Shown: positions 35,453 through 49,020 of the stretch, in pieces
How the letters are laid out: each line of letters opens with the position of its first letter
Position numbering within the stretch: position 1 is the stretch's first letter
Source: Mustelus asterias
Lineage: Eukaryota
Length of the DNA stretch: 64,000 nucleotides
Reading direction: 5' to 3'
Assembly: GCF_964213995.1 (NCBI RefSeq)
Contig: NC_135811.1
Coordinates: 25,544,001 to 25,608,000 of the forward strand
The notes under the pieces: generated by a model
The model's input: only the letters and a program-made list of their open reading frames with translations
What the model was told of the DNA's origin: nothing
Databases searched by the model: none
Made by a program: the position numbers and the translations under genes

Positions 35453-35910
35453 ATAAAGGTTTGCAGCTATTACCTTCTGAGCTCAAATAAACTGGACCAT
35501 CCCAGCACACTAAGCATGAAAGTTTATTGAGATTCCTACCACCGTTTTACCTATTAGTTTGTTTAGACCTAATATGCAGAGTCAGTGTATAGCTCTTCTC
35601 TGATTTTAATCATTTTTTAACTAAAACTTAATTCATTTGTCTTTTAAAATGTTGTAAAATTCTTCAATGGCCAAATTGACAAATTTTCTTGACTATCAGC
35701 ACGTCATTGATAAGCTTATAACACAAACTACAAATTGTGTAGGATTTGGTGCACGTGGATTTGTACTTATTCAGAGTAATGAAAAAGCTGCAGAAAGAAC
35801 AGTTACTTTGAATTGAAGGAATAAAACAGTTTGAAAGTGTAAGAATACTTCAGAAACATTTTCTTTTAGTCAGTATCCCATCAATTCTACAACTTTTATG
35901 GGAATAACTG

Positions 35911-36683
35911 CGAAGTGATGCATTTTGGAAGAAATAATGTAGGGAGGAGTTATACAATAAATGGCAGAGTCATCAGGAGTATAGAAACACAGAGGGACCT
36001 AGGTGTGCAAGTCCACAAATCCTTGAAGGTGGCAACACAGGTGGAGAAGGTGGTGAAGAAGGCATATGGTATGCTTGCCTTTATAGGACGGGGTATAGAG
36101 TATAAAAGCTGGAGTCTGATGATGCAGCTGTATAGAACGCTGGTTAGGCCACATTTGGAGTACTGCGTCCAGTTCTGGTCGCCGCACTACCAGAAGGACG
36201 TGGAGGCGTTGGAGAGAGTGCAGAGAAGGTTTACCAGGATGTTGCCTGGTATGGAGGGTCTTAGCTATGAGGAGAGATTGGGTAGACTGGGGTTGTTCTC
36301 CTTGGAAAGACGGAGAATGAGGGGAGATCTAATAGAGGTGTACAAGATTATGAAGGGTATAGATAGGGTGAACAGTGGGAAGCTTTTTCCCAGGTCGGAG
36401 GTGACGATCACGAGGGGTCACGGGCTCAAGCTGAGAGGGGCGAAGTATAACTCAGACATCAGAGGGACGTTTTTTACACAGAGGGTGGTGGGGGCCTGGA
36501 ATGCGCTGCCAAGTAGGGTGGTGGAGGCAGGCACGCTGACATCGTTTAAGACTTACCTGGATAGTCACATGAGCAGCCTGGGAATGGAGGGATACAAACG
36601 ATTGGTGTAGTTGGACCAAGGAGCGGCACAGGCTTGGAGGGCCGAAGGGCCTGTTTCCTGTGCTGTACTGTTCTTTGTTCTTT
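35911..36683 (+). mobile_element. Young 5'-truncated CR1/HER1 LINE with an open ORF2 C-terminus (35915-36610)
   Basis: RDLGVQV..LYRTLVRPHLEYCVQFWSP..LERVQRRFTRM..FFTQRVVGAWNALP; 3' UTR stem-loop and (TGTTCTT)n tail; possible TSD TAACTG. Confidence 0.93.
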
Positions 36684-37528
36684 AACTGGATCCTCAGTTA
36701 GGCAATGCTGTCTCTGTTGTGCCTCCAGTATTGTTAAAACATAGTGACCTCAATCAATGCTTCTTAATTAACATTTATTAAAGTGAATATTCAAAGACTT
36801 ATTAGTTAAGCCATTCTATGTTTAAAGCAGCCAGGCTAGCTTCTCCTTGTGATTACTAAAAGAACTTTAGGAGAGGATAATACACTTAGTGTGATCGCTC
36901 TCTCTTCAGGTACCATAACCTAAGAGGCCATGGATTTCCATGTGTCAGGCCATGGTTATGCCTGGCAAGGTACTGCAGTGGTTTGCCATTGCCTCCGTGC
37001 TGGCTTTATCAAGTCCAGTAGACTCTCCTGCCTGCCAGTGGCATATTGATAAAATTTGCAAGTTGGTACTCAACGGGCGGGATTTTCTGGCCGTGCTCGG
37101 CCCAAGACCGGAAAATCCTGCCCAAGGTCAATGGCCCTTTGCATGGTCTGCCCCCCCAACCCCTCCACCCCTCCACCCCCTCCACCTCTCCACTCCCCTC
37201 CCCCCCCCCACCCCCGCCCACTATGATTCCCATGGCGGGTGGGATGGGAAAATTCCGCAGAATGTGTTTGATCGCATTATGAACGCAACCTCCTTCATCA
37301 TCAGGTCCCAAAATGGAACTCAAACAGAGCTTCTGTTTCAGAGTTAGGGATGCCACCCACTGGGCCACAAGTTCTCTTGGCATAACATCTCATTAAGGTT
37401 ACCCTAGAAGGGTACTTGATCACAAATTGTACTCAGGAGATGTTTACATTTCAAGAAGTTCGAGGACGTCCGATTTTAACAACATTTTGGAAAACAAACA
37501 ATTGATTCCACCACTGGCCTATTAAAAG

Positions 37529-37798
37529 CATGATGTGGAGATGCCGGCGTTGGACTGGGGTGAACACAGTAAGAGTTTTAACAACACCAGGTTAAAGTCC
37601 AACAGGTTTATTTGGTAGCAAATACCATTTGCTTTCGGAGCGCTGCTCCTTCGTCAGATGGAGTGGAAATGTGCTCTCCCTTTCCACATGTGCACATTTC
37701 CACTCCATCTGACGAAGGAGCAGCGCTCCGAAAGCTAATGGTATTTGCTACCAAATAAACCTGTTGGATTTTAACCTGGTGTTGTTAAAACTCTTACT
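37529..37798. mobile_element. Palindromic Penelope-like insertion with hammerhead motifs
   Basis: Near-perfect inverted arms; HHR CCAT-CTGACGA-AGGAGCAGCGCTCC-GAAA-GCTA-ATGG; duplication CTATTAAAAGCAT at 37519-37531 and 37797-37809. Confidence 0.87.
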
Positions 37799-38665
37799 AT
37801 TAAAAGCATCCAATCTTCATAATATCAATTGGGAAAATGACTGTCACTATTTTGTTTATTAAATTAAACCAGACAAAGTGCATGCCAAACTTGAAGATAT
37901 TAAACTAATTCAATCTCATGGATTCTATCATAAATTTTAAATAGATTTTTGAACAACTTAAAGCATAAAATAAAGCTAGGCTGACCTGGCACTGCCTGTG
38001 GTAATCTTATTGCCCTTGTTATTGCCGGTAAGATTATTTCAGTTCTAATCCTGCTTTTGGCATAATTATCACAAGTTAGTGTTTCCATATTTAATTAAAT
38101 CTAGCTGTAATGGATTATCTCAATGCCTGCAAAATCAATTATATCACAAAGAAAGGGTAGGGGGGGTTTGATTTGCCAGGCCAAACTTCAGTTTTTGTTT
38201 TGCTTTTGCGCTCTGAGCATGTGAACTAATGGTCATGTTTGATGGAAGGCAACTATGATATTGTGATTAATACTTAGTCACACATTTCACTTGTGTATCC
38301 CACTATACAAAAAACTGCTGGGATTTAAGCAGTCATAAGGATTCATTAACACAGTCTACCAGCAATCACACAAGTGTTCTTTTGACTTGAAAGCACTTCA
38401 TTTTGATTCAAAAGGCATTTTTAAAAAGCCTTCTCTCGCTACATCATATTAAAGAAGTGAGTCAAAGTTGCACAGTTTAATTAGGCTTTATTTTTTTTTT
38501 AATTCAAAGAATTGCTGCAATGCTTGTTTTTATTATTTTCGAGCAAAACGATCAAATTTGTTCGGTAACTTTACTGATCACAATTTTTTAAATGGTATTT
38601 GGTGATTGTGGTGCTAAATGAAGAATAAGTTAGGATAGCATTAAAATGAAGTGATTTTCATAAAA

Positions 38666-38977
38666 ATCATAGAATCCCGACAGTGGAGAAGGAGGCCATT
38701 TGGCCCATCGAGCCTGCACCAACAACAATCCCACACAGGCCCTATCCCTGTAATCCCATGTATTTACCCTGCTAATTCCCCTGGCATTAAGGGGCAATTT
38801 AGCACAGCCAGTCAATCTAACCTGCACACCTTCGGAATGTGGGAGGAAACTAGAGCACCCGGAGGAAACCCACACGGACACAGGGAGAACTCCACACAGT
38901 GACCCGCGGCCAGAATTGAGCCTGGGTCCCTGGTGCTGTCAAGCAGCAGTGCTAACCATTGTACCACCATGTCGCCC
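38666..38977 (-). mobile_element. HE1-like V-SINE, CR1-type tail
   Basis: Full-length reverse complement of the 8371-type SINE. Confidence 0.88.
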
Positions 38978-39079
38978 TGATAGTTTTAGTAATATTAGGG
39001 ATAGGTTTGGACAATAATTAATGGGAACAAGTTTAAAGGGAATGCCGGAATCAAAAGGTTGGGGTTACCATACACAATC

Positions 39080-39640
39080 CCTGACAGTGGCTGGCCAAAT
39101 TGATATTTTGTTAAAAAAAATACATGAGATTGTTGGCTTTATAAGTAGAGGCAGAATGGACAAAAGTATGGAACTTTTGCAGTACATTAGAGATCACTGC
39201 TTAGGCTTCAGCAAGGGCATGGTGTGCAATTTTGGATACCACATTTTCGGGTGGATGTCAGGAGTTGGGAGAATTAGGTGGTGACACTAACAATTCTGGG
39301 ATTGTTTTCTTAAAGCAGAGAAGAGGTTAAGAGAAGAGGTGTTCAAAAGGAGAGACCATTTCCAACGGCAGAATGATTGATAACCAGCGAACACAGGTTT
39401 TAAATAATTGATTTTAAAAAGTGTGGAGATGAGGGTTTTTTGTAATAATTAATTGTTATAATCTGGAATACATTGCCTGAAAGAGTGGTGGAAGCAGATT
39501 CAATGTATATATTTTTAATGAAATTGAATATACACTTGAAGGGGAAGATGTAAAGGGCATGGAGTGAGGCAAATTGTATAGCTCTTTCAAAGAATGAGAT
39601 GGGCTAAATGGCCTCTTTGTGAGTGCATGATTCTATGATT
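39080..39640 (+). mobile_element. Decayed CR1 LINE 3' region
   Basis: CTGGAATACATTGCCTGAAAGAGTGGTGGAAGCAG and GATGGGCTAAATGGCCTC...ATGATTCTATGATT tail. Confidence 0.65.
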
Positions 39641-41779
39641 TTATTAACTATGCATGATCAATGCACAGTTACCAAAAAGTTACTTTCCTATCTAGAGATA
39701 TGATGATACAACTAAAACTTACAATCAAAGAGATTGACATTAACCTGCAGTAGATTGGATCCTTTAAGCTGACTCAGTCAATTTGCTTCCTTTTGTAACG
39801 TGATGCCTGGTACTTATAAATTTTAAAAGTTTAATTATTAGTGTCACAAGTAGGCTTACATTAACATGGTAATGAAGTTTCTGTGAAAATCCCTTAGTCG
39901 CCACACTCCAGCACCTGTTCGGGTACACTGAGGGAGAATTTAGCATGGCCAATACCCTTGTCCCTTATTCTGCTGTTATTGTCCAAGAGTGGTGCTTCTA
40001 ATTCTCTGGAGTCTGTTTCTCCTTCAGATATCTGTACCTATTTTGCCAACATCACCAAGAAACACGCATGCAAATAAAACTGTTAGAAATAATCTGAACA
40101 GTTATCAGCTTTTATAGATTAACTTCAGATTTCCATACAAATAATTCATATTTTTGTGTTCACACCACTTATGCGAAAATAACTCATCCAAACACTAATT
40201 TACCTTTCTTGTGTTTGGACCTCGAGGAAATATATAATCCATAATATTAATAGTCAGAAAAGAACAAAATGTTGCTGTTGTTGCAATAGATAAGGTACCA
40301 CTACAGCCACTACATGAGCAGCCACTACATGAATTAACTTTGGGACAAAGCACATTGCCCTCAGCTTTACAAATAATACCAGTGAATTAGATCACATGTC
40401 ACACAGGTCAACTATAGCACAGATTATGGTGATCTAACTTGAACATTAGACAATGACTGGTTAGGTTGCTCACTGCAGCTAATGCTCACAATAAAACAAA
40501 CTGTATGCAGTAGCCCTGCCTGTGACATTTGTACATCAAGGGTCCATCATGTTTACAGCAGCTGTGGGTCCCAATTAATGTCAGTTCCTGGAGGTCAATA
40601 TTAATATACTTGTCAAAGATGATTTGTCATGAGAAATGCGGTATTAAAAGATCTCCTCCCACCTAATAAGCCAGGACGATGCGAGTGTCCGTTTCCCAGG
40701 AGGCTTTAACAATGTATGTTTAGGAACAATTTCATTCCAAAGTCCTGTCATGTTTATGTGGGATGTAAGCATCGCTGAACGCTTAACTGACTGAATTAAC
40801 ATTTGCCACAAAATGTAATTCCCATCTATCTTTACACATTGACATTAAAACACTATCAGATTGTATACTTTATTATTCTCCTCACTATAATTTCAAGTGT
40901 GCAATATGTGACCTAATTTTCCAAATGGGTTATATTTAGGCTTTTCTTTTAGTCAGTAAGGGTAGGTTAGTCGCAGTTATTTTTGATGGTTTTGTGTTTT
41001 TTTTACTATGAGATAAATTAATCGAATTATGAGAACTGATTTTACAAACTTGCGTTCTCAGCGCAGAGTTTCTTCGCCCAACAGGAGCACATACAGAAGG
41101 ATCCTTCTCATTAATATTAATAGTCAAAAACCTTGTGGGACCTGCTGACCTCCATGTCTGAATTCCTGATAAGCACTCCCCATGGGTGATCCCATAATAA
41201 ATGGTTCAAATAGGGGTAAGGATGTGTTGGAGAAATAGGTTAAATGCTTTCATACTCACACCAAGAGCATTAGGGATAAATAATAATATCATCATTCAGT
41301 CCATCACTCTCGTCGTTTTATGAAGTCAGCTGAACTCACCGAGACACCTTTCCTGTAACTATTGTCCATTATCCAAGATAATAAACATGATCGCGCAAAA
41401 GTGCATTTAGCATCCACAATTCTCTCATTAATTCCTTCAACTCACTTTTCAGGCGCTACATCTTTTACTTTAGCACTTGACGAAAGCATTCCATTGTACT
41501 GCTTTGATGTTCTACAAAAATAATACAATACGTCGGAGTCAATTGGACAGGATTTTCCAACCCCGCCCGCTCCAAGACCGGAAACTCCTGCCCGAGGTCA
41601 ACGGACCTTTAAATGGTCCACCAAATCGTCCGTCCTCCCCAGGATTATTCCTGAGGTGGGTGGAACTGGAAATTCTTCCCCAAAAAGTTGAAGCTGCATT
41701 CAAACATACTTTAGACAAGTCAGATGAAATTCCCGTTGTGAAAGTTATTAAATGTCCAGCTCCTTGGGAGCTAAAGCCT

Positions 41780-42558
41780 GAAGCTACTTACAAAGAACAA
41801 AGAACAAAGAAAATTAAGGCACAGGCCCTTCGGCCTCCAAGCCTGCACCAACCATGCTGCCTGACTGAACTAAAACTTCCTACCCTTCCCAGGACTATAT
41901 CCCTCTATTCCCATCCTACTCATGTATTTGTCAAGATGCCTCTTAAAACTCACTATCGTATCCTGATACCTAATGACCCCCATACCAGGCAACATCCTGG
42001 TAAATTCACTTGGATAAAGTTTAAAGTAAGGAAGTTAAAACTAGAGGACACAGCCTCAAAATAAAGGGGGGTCGGTTTAAGACAGAGTTGAGGAGGAACT
42101 TCTTCTCCCAGAGGGTGGTGAATCTCTGGAATTCTCTGCCCACTGAGGTGGTGGAGGCTACCTCGCTGAATATGTTTAAAGCGCGGATGGATGGATTCCT
42201 GATCGGTAAGGGAATTAAGGGTTATGGGGATCAGGCGGGTAAGTGGTACTGATCCACGTCAGATCAGCCATGATCTTATTGAATGGCGGGGCAGGCTCGA
42301 GGGGCTAGATGGCCTACTCCTGCTCCTATTTCTTATGTTCTTATGTTCTTATGTAAATCTTTTCTGTACCCTCTCCAAAGCCTCCACATCTTTCTGGTAG
42401 TGTGGCGACCAGAATTGAACACTATATTCCAAGTGCGGCTTGACTAAGGTTCTATAAAGCTTCAACACGACTTGCCAATTTTCAACTCAATGCGCCGGCC
42501 GATGAAGGCAAGCATGCCGTATGCCTTCTTGACTACCTTCTCCACCTGCGTTGCCACT
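41780..42558. mobile_element. Nested CR1 LINEs: minus-strand copy (~41780-41960, 42354-42558) split by a plus-strand 3' fragment (~42020-42353)
   Basis: (AAGAACA)n tail; inner copy with TTCTCCCAGAGGGTGGTGAATCTCTGGAATTCTCTGCC and (TTCTTATG)n tail. Confidence 0.8.
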
Positions 42559-43654
42559 ACAATTCAACACTGATTGATACCATCACTTGACAATCTCACA
42601 ATTTGAAGGCACAAGACTGACAAACCCAGTCCAAATTTGCATGAATGTTAGGACTTGCTGTAAACTTTATCCTCTTGGCTGCAGTGTCATTAGAATTGTG
42701 TAGACCTTCATTCCTGAGAAGATCTCTAAAGATTCTGCATCCAAGTGAATTTCAATGATGCAAGCTTTACTTCAGCTTTTGGTATTCACAACTTCATTTC
42801 TTGGTGATTGCATGAACCCCTTTGGAAAACACCCCGATTAAAAGAATGTCATCATGTCACAGCTTCCTATGTTCCAAAGGATGCGGGGACATATGAGGCT
42901 GGGGTAAGGGGAAGCTAATTAAATATCTCTATTAATGCATCAGAAGTAACTGTGATCTTCTGGTCCTTACTCGATTTCTTTCTGCAGTCGCAAAAGAGTT
43001 TTGCAGAGTTTCATCTGAAATCGACCTTATCGTTTTTCTTTGCCTTCTCTGGGAGTAAGTGTTATCAGAGATGTAATTGGAGATTATGGTCTGGATTTCC
43101 TTCACCAAAGCGGGTAATGGGAGTCAGGAAAATTCCCAGCATGGCCCACCAGCCTCAGGAGAAAGTATCCACAAAGACGGGATCTTCATTGCTGGAGGGA
43201 CAGGTGAAAGCTGCAGAAACGAACTCTGAGGCAGTCACACAGTGCTGAGAACAGAGTGTTTAAAAGGCCTGCCTCAGTGCTGTGGGACTTTGCCCCAGTT
43301 AAAATAAAAATAGAAAGGCCCTCCAGCCTTCACCTCTCACTCCTCTCACACCCCACAATCTCCCTTTGCAACCATCTGTGCCACCTCATGCTCCTTGCAC
43401 CCACCCCCATTGTCCCTCATGTCCCCTGTGCAAAGCTATGGCATGCATTCCACCCCCTTGGCACCTCATGCTGCCTATGCCATGCTATGACACTTCCATG
43501 CCCATTGACCAACTGTAGACTATATAGAACCGATGAACCTTGTTGTAACAGGAAGATGCGTTTTAAAAATAGCTTTAAACATCATTCAATCATTACTTTC
43601 CACCATGTTAAAAACATGATTTCACTGCAGGGCAATAGAAGCATGAACCATCCA

Positions 43655-43840
43655 GAAGGAGAGAAAAGAGCTGACGTTTCGAGTCCAGATGACCCTTTGT
43701 CAAAGCTTTGATAAAGGCTCATCTGGACTCGAAATGTCAGCTATTTTCTCCCCTTACAGGTATTGGCAGACCTTCTGAGACTTTCCAGCATTTTCTCTTT
43801 TGGTTTCAGATTCCAGCATCCACAATAATTTGCTTTTATC
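43655..43840. mobile_element. Palindromic Penelope-like relic (second family)
   Basis: GCTGACGTTTCGAGTCCAGATGACCCTTTGTCAAAG / CTTTGATAAAGGCTCATCTGGACTCGAAATGTCAGC hairpin. Confidence 0.7.
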
Positions 43841-44599
43841 CAGTGTGAACCATCCAGAACCTTTAAATTAAATTGAAACCGCAAGCACTTGCGAGCCTCA
43901 TTATGTATGCTTGGCTGAGAGCCCAAAAAGTCCTTTACTCTTGTTGGAACATCTGAGCCCCAGAGAAAACATTGTTTGATTGACAGCTCAGGCTATCTGA
44001 TCTCTGCTGTCAATTTCACAATGTTAATTTGCAAAAGGTTAAGTGATTTCAAGGGCTTGCCATGTCTATTATTAAAATCCCCTAGTGTCAGGGGATTAGC
44101 AGAGTAAATATGTGGGGTTGCGGGGATGAGGCCTGGGTGGGATTGTGATCGGTGCAGACTCGATGGGCCAAATGGCCTCCTTCTGCACTGTGGGAATTCT
44201 ATGACTATTGTTGTCAGAATGTCGTCGGGCCCATAGCCTTTGCAGTATCCAGTGCCTTCAACCATTTTTTGGTATCATGTGGAGTGAATCAAATTGGCTG
44301 GAGACTAACATCTGTGACACGGGGACCACTGGAGGAGGCCGAGATGGATCATACACTCGGCATTCAGCACTATATAAGGGTAAACATTGATAAGCCAGTT
44401 ACTTGTAGATAGTAAACTGTAATTTTGCTGTCTTATTTTACAGTTGTGAACTTTACCCCACCTTTTCTTAAAAGTTTCCAATTGTAATTACACACCGCAT
44501 GCCTCAACAACGCTTAAAACAAGTTATAACTAACGACAACTACATGAGCCATTTAGCAACTTCTGTTATATTACACATATGGAAGTAAAGATTGCAAGA

Positions 44600-45255
44600 C
44601 CATAAGATGTATAAGCCATGAAATACTTGAAGTAGGCCATTCGGCCCATCAAGTTTGCTCCATCATTCAATGTGATCGTAGAATCATAGAATCCCTACAG
44701 CACAGGAGGCCTTGATTGATCTGATGTGAGAATCCTCCACTCCACCTTCCCACCTTATCCCCATAATCCTTGATTCCCTTCCTGATTAAAAACCTGTCAA
44801 GCTCAACCTTGAACATATTTAATGACCCAATATCTTCAGCCCTCTGCAGTAAAGAATTCCACCGATTCACTACCCTCCAAGAGAAGAAATTCCTCCTCAT
44901 CTGTCTTAAATGGGTGACCCTTTACTCTGAGATTATGCTCTCTGGTTCTAGACTCTCCCAGAGGGAGAAACAACCTCTTCACATTTACTCTGTCAAGCCC
45001 CCTGAGAATCCTATGTGTCTCATTCTTCTAAACTCCAATGAGTACAGGCCCAACCTACTCAACCTCTCCTCATAAAAAAATCCCTCCATACCCAGGATTA
45101 ACCTGGTGAACCTTCTCCAGACTGCCTCCAATACCAATATATTTGTCCTTAGATAAGGGGACTGAAGCCATTCACGGTATTCCAGATGTGGTCTAACACA
45201 TGCCTGGTATAGTTTTAGCTCCACTTCCCTATTTTTATAGTCCATTCCTTTTGAA
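44600..45255 (-). mobile_element. CR1 LINE 3' fragment
   Basis: ORFs 44985-45245 (RPHLEY..RRFTRLI..YEERLSRLGLYSLE) and 44667-44900 (NFFSWRVVNRWNSL). Confidence 0.88.
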
Positions 45256-45754
45256 AAGGAAGCTCTGCCTTGTTTTTCACTTTCATTGTGAATCTTCTCC
45301 CGTTCTCCTTTTTCGAATATGTTGACTCCTTTCTAGCATTGATTTGATGTATTAGTGAATGCAACGTTATGCCCTGGTGCCCCTATTGGGAATTTGAGTG
45401 TGCAGGTCAGTGCATCCCACATGATGGCCTGTCACTAATGGGCAGAGAATCATGTAGGGAATGCTCACATCTGGACCTGAATTACTGGGTTGTTCTCCCA
45501 ACATGCAATTGGAGGTACACTGACCCTCGTACCCAAGTTCCCAGAATATGCTCCTGTCACAAAATAGTGCTGTGTGCTCAGAGCGCTATTTTGTAAAATT
45601 TCTCCCCTGGTTCTGTCAAACACAGGTTCCTGTCCGATACTTAGCCAAGTGACTATTACTGATATATAGCCTTGATGGGGAGTGTAGAGAGACTATCCAA
45701 ATGCGAATCACCTGACAGCCAGACCCAATCATGTCAGCTTCCAATGTCCACAGA

Positions 45755-46680
45755 GGTGGGGGCATGATCAGTAAGTTTGCAGATAACATAAAAATTGGTG
45801 CTGTAGTAAATAGCGAAGAGGAAAGCCTTATGCTATAGGACAATGGGCTGATCAGATGGGCAGAACAGTGGCAAATGGAAATTAACCCTGAAAAGTGTGA
45901 GGTGCTGCATTTTGGGAGGGCAAAAAGGCATGGGAATACACAATGGATGGTAGGATGCTAGGAAGTACAAAGGACCAGAGGGACCTTGGGATGTATGTCT
46001 AAGAATCCCTGAAGGCAGCACGACAGGGAACTAAGGCGGTTAAGAAGGCATATGGGATACTTGCCTTTATTAGCCGAGGCATAGCGTATAAGAGAAGGGA
46101 GGTTGTGATGGGGCTGTATAAAACCCTCTTCAGGCCACAGCTAGAGCACTGTGTGTAGTTCTGGTCACCACAGTATGTAGGAAAGATGTGATTGCACTAG
46201 AGGAACTGCAGAGAAGATTCACCAGGATGTTGCCTGGGCTAGAGCATGAAGAGAGGCTGGATAGGCTGGGGTTGTTTGCCTTAGAGCAGAGAAGGCTGAT
46301 GGGGGAATCTCATCGAGGTGTAAAAATCTATGAGGATATAGATAAGATAGATAGGAAGGAACGTTTCCCATTGGTGGAGATGTCAATAGCCCGGGGGGCT
46401 CAGATTTAAGGTAAGAAGAAGGATATTTGTAGGGGTTTTGAGGAAAAGCTTTTTTACCCAGAGGGTGGAGGGAATCTGGAACTCACTGCCTGAAAGGGTG
46501 ATAGAGGCAGGAACCCTCACAACATTGAAGAAGCATTTAGATGAGCATTTGAAACGCCATGGCATACAAGGCTACGGACCAAGTGCTGGAAAATGGGATT
46601 CAAATAGATAAGTGCCTGATAGCTGGCATAGAAATGATGGGCCAAAGGGCCTCATTCTGTGCTGCAAAACTCTCTATGAT
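45755..46680 (+). mobile_element. CR1 LINE 3' fragment
   Basis: ISKFADN.KIG at ~45767; LEELQRRFTRMLPGL..EERLDRLGLFALEQRRL; 3' tail. Confidence 0.88.
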
Positions 46681-47119
46681 TACTTATTGGTCAGGAACAG
46701 GAAGCCTGAGCTGATCTTTCCATTCCTAACTCAGAGGTCCTGAGGCCATTTGCAGTGCTCTGGCTGAGGACTGAACCTGGAACTGCCCTGGGTTTTGAGT
46801 CTCAGCTCGTCACTGAATAAACTTGTTGAGCTCTAGGGGATGTGGAAGCAAAATCTCCAGTTCAACTGTGGGTCTGCATTGTGATCCAGATACCACACCA
46901 AATAAAACAAATATATTATCATTTCTGCTACGCGGCAACGCTGGAGTCACAGATAAAGGTGAATTTAAATCGGCTTTTAATAACAGTGCAAAAATATTCT
47001 AATTCCCTAACAGGAACATCAGTAAATACATTGTTGAAGTTGTTTAGATTTTGTTTTCAGTATTCTCTCTGTTGAGTATGGTGGAACATGGCACACACAC
47101 CATTGTGATCTTTAACCAA

Positions 47120-47428
47120 ACTTTAAGTTTTAAGTTTAAATTTATTTATTGGTGTCACAAGTAGGCTTACAACAAAATTGCAATGACGTTGCTGCGAAAG
47201 TCCCTTAGTCACCACACTCCGGAGCCTGTTCGGGTACACTGAGGGAGAATTTAGCACAGCCAATGCACCTAACCAGCACGTCTTTCAGACAGTGGGAGGA
47301 AACTTGAGCATCCGGAGGAAACCCACGCAGACACTGGGAGAACGTGCAGACTCCACACAGACAGTGACCCAAGCCGGGAATTGAACTCAGGTCCTGTGAG
47401 GCAGCAATGCTAACCACTAGGCCACCAT
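47120..47428 (-). mobile_element. HE1-like V-SINE with alternative tail
   Basis: Same structure as 10755-11065. Confidence 0.85.
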
Positions 47429-48706
47429 GAAACTTACTTCATCATGATTTGAATCAATATGATTCCTCCTTTCCTAGTGCACTGGGGAGAACCGATTCTT
47501 TTCTGAATGAGGTTCTGGGTTATTATTGGAGTAAAGCATGTAGAGGGAGGTCGAGATTTTATGTGACCCTCCGGTGTATTGGATCATAGAAGGGTTTGAT
47601 TCACCAGCAGCGTAACTCGGAATGTCTGGTCAATTAGGTTCACAGATAACAAACAATGTCCACCCTGCCCACTGTCTTTAGGCCCCAAAGGGTTAATTGT
47701 GGTTCCGTTCTGTCAACTGTGAGCCAACTTCTCACAGGCAATCAAAACAAGGTTTTTGTTCTCTAAAGAAATTAGATGTAATTCATCCATTTTCCTGCAA
47801 GGTAACATTACTGAAAAGTTAGCAAACTGGTACCAGCAGGAAAGCTGTGTTTTTCAAGAGAATGGATTAGCCCGGTGCTGTTCTAATTACCTGTTAGGCA
47901 AATGTGAAAAATGAGCACTCCACTCCGCAAAAAAAATTGGAATTGACTACTGATGTGTAGGCAGGCAAGTGGCTTCTGATTAGCTGAATCTAAAACATAC
48001 TTTCGAGCTGAACAGGGATATAAATCAGTGTTTGAAAATGCCATTTAGTGTTAACTTGTCCCAAGATTGGAAATTATTGGCTTCACAATGAAAAGCACAT
48101 GTTGTGTTCTTTATCTGGGGAATAATAATGAAGTGAGACGGAAGTTCTCCAGCTCTACACTGCCCTCTCTCTCCTCTTTATTTCCCATTGAAAAATAATT
48201 ACTCTATACATGAGGGAATATTTCTGTCATTGTGCCGATAACTGCGGCCACATTTGTTCTCCATAAGCCGTGCCGTTCCTTCCTGAGCAGAGGGCTTGAT
48301 TTATGATGGAAATAGCTGGCAAATTGTGATGTCCACCTTGACTGATGGCACCTTTTGGGCCATTTTGCTGATCATATACAAGTTAATATCCTTGGTGGTG
48401 TTTACAATTGATGAGGCTGCTGAGGAACTGCTGTTGTGTGAAGAGTTTTTCAGTGTGGACTCATGTGTATATGCATGTGAGCATACATGAGTGCTGTGTG
48501 TGTGCATGCATGTGTGTGTATGTGTGTGTGCATACATGTGTGCAGGTGCATGCGTGCATGCTCCTTGAATTAAAGGACTGGCTCTCAATAGGATGATTCG
48601 AGCATTGTCATGCCAATAAAACAAGTTAAGAGCATGGGGTTAGATAGAAAATAAAATTGCGAGTTGAATATGAGCCGCGATTGGGGTGACAATTAAAGCC
48701 ACTAAA

Positions 48707-49020
48707 GCGACACGGTGGCACAGTGGTTAGCACTGCTGCCTCACAGTGCCAGGGACCCGGGTTCAATTCCAGCCTTCGGTGACTGTCTATGTGGAGTTTG
48801 CACATTCTCCCCATTTCTGCGTGGGTTTCCTCCGGGTGCTCCAGTGTCCTCCCACAATCTAAAGATGTGTGGGTTAGGTTGATCGGCCATGCTCAAATTG
48901 CCCCTTAGTATCGGGGATTAGCAGGGTAAATACGTAGGGTTATGGGGATAGGGCCTGGATGGGATTGTTGTTGGTGCAGGCTTGATGAGCCAAATGGCCT
49001 CTTTCTGCACTGTAGGGATT
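48707..49020 (+). mobile_element. HE1-like V-SINE, CR1-type tail
   Basis: A and B boxes, V-domain and tail as at 8371. Confidence 0.88.

Noticed and set aside
35915-36610. Host gene encoding a 231-aa protein
   Set aside because: It is the C-terminus of CR1 ORF2 in a 5'-truncated insertion with a LINE tail
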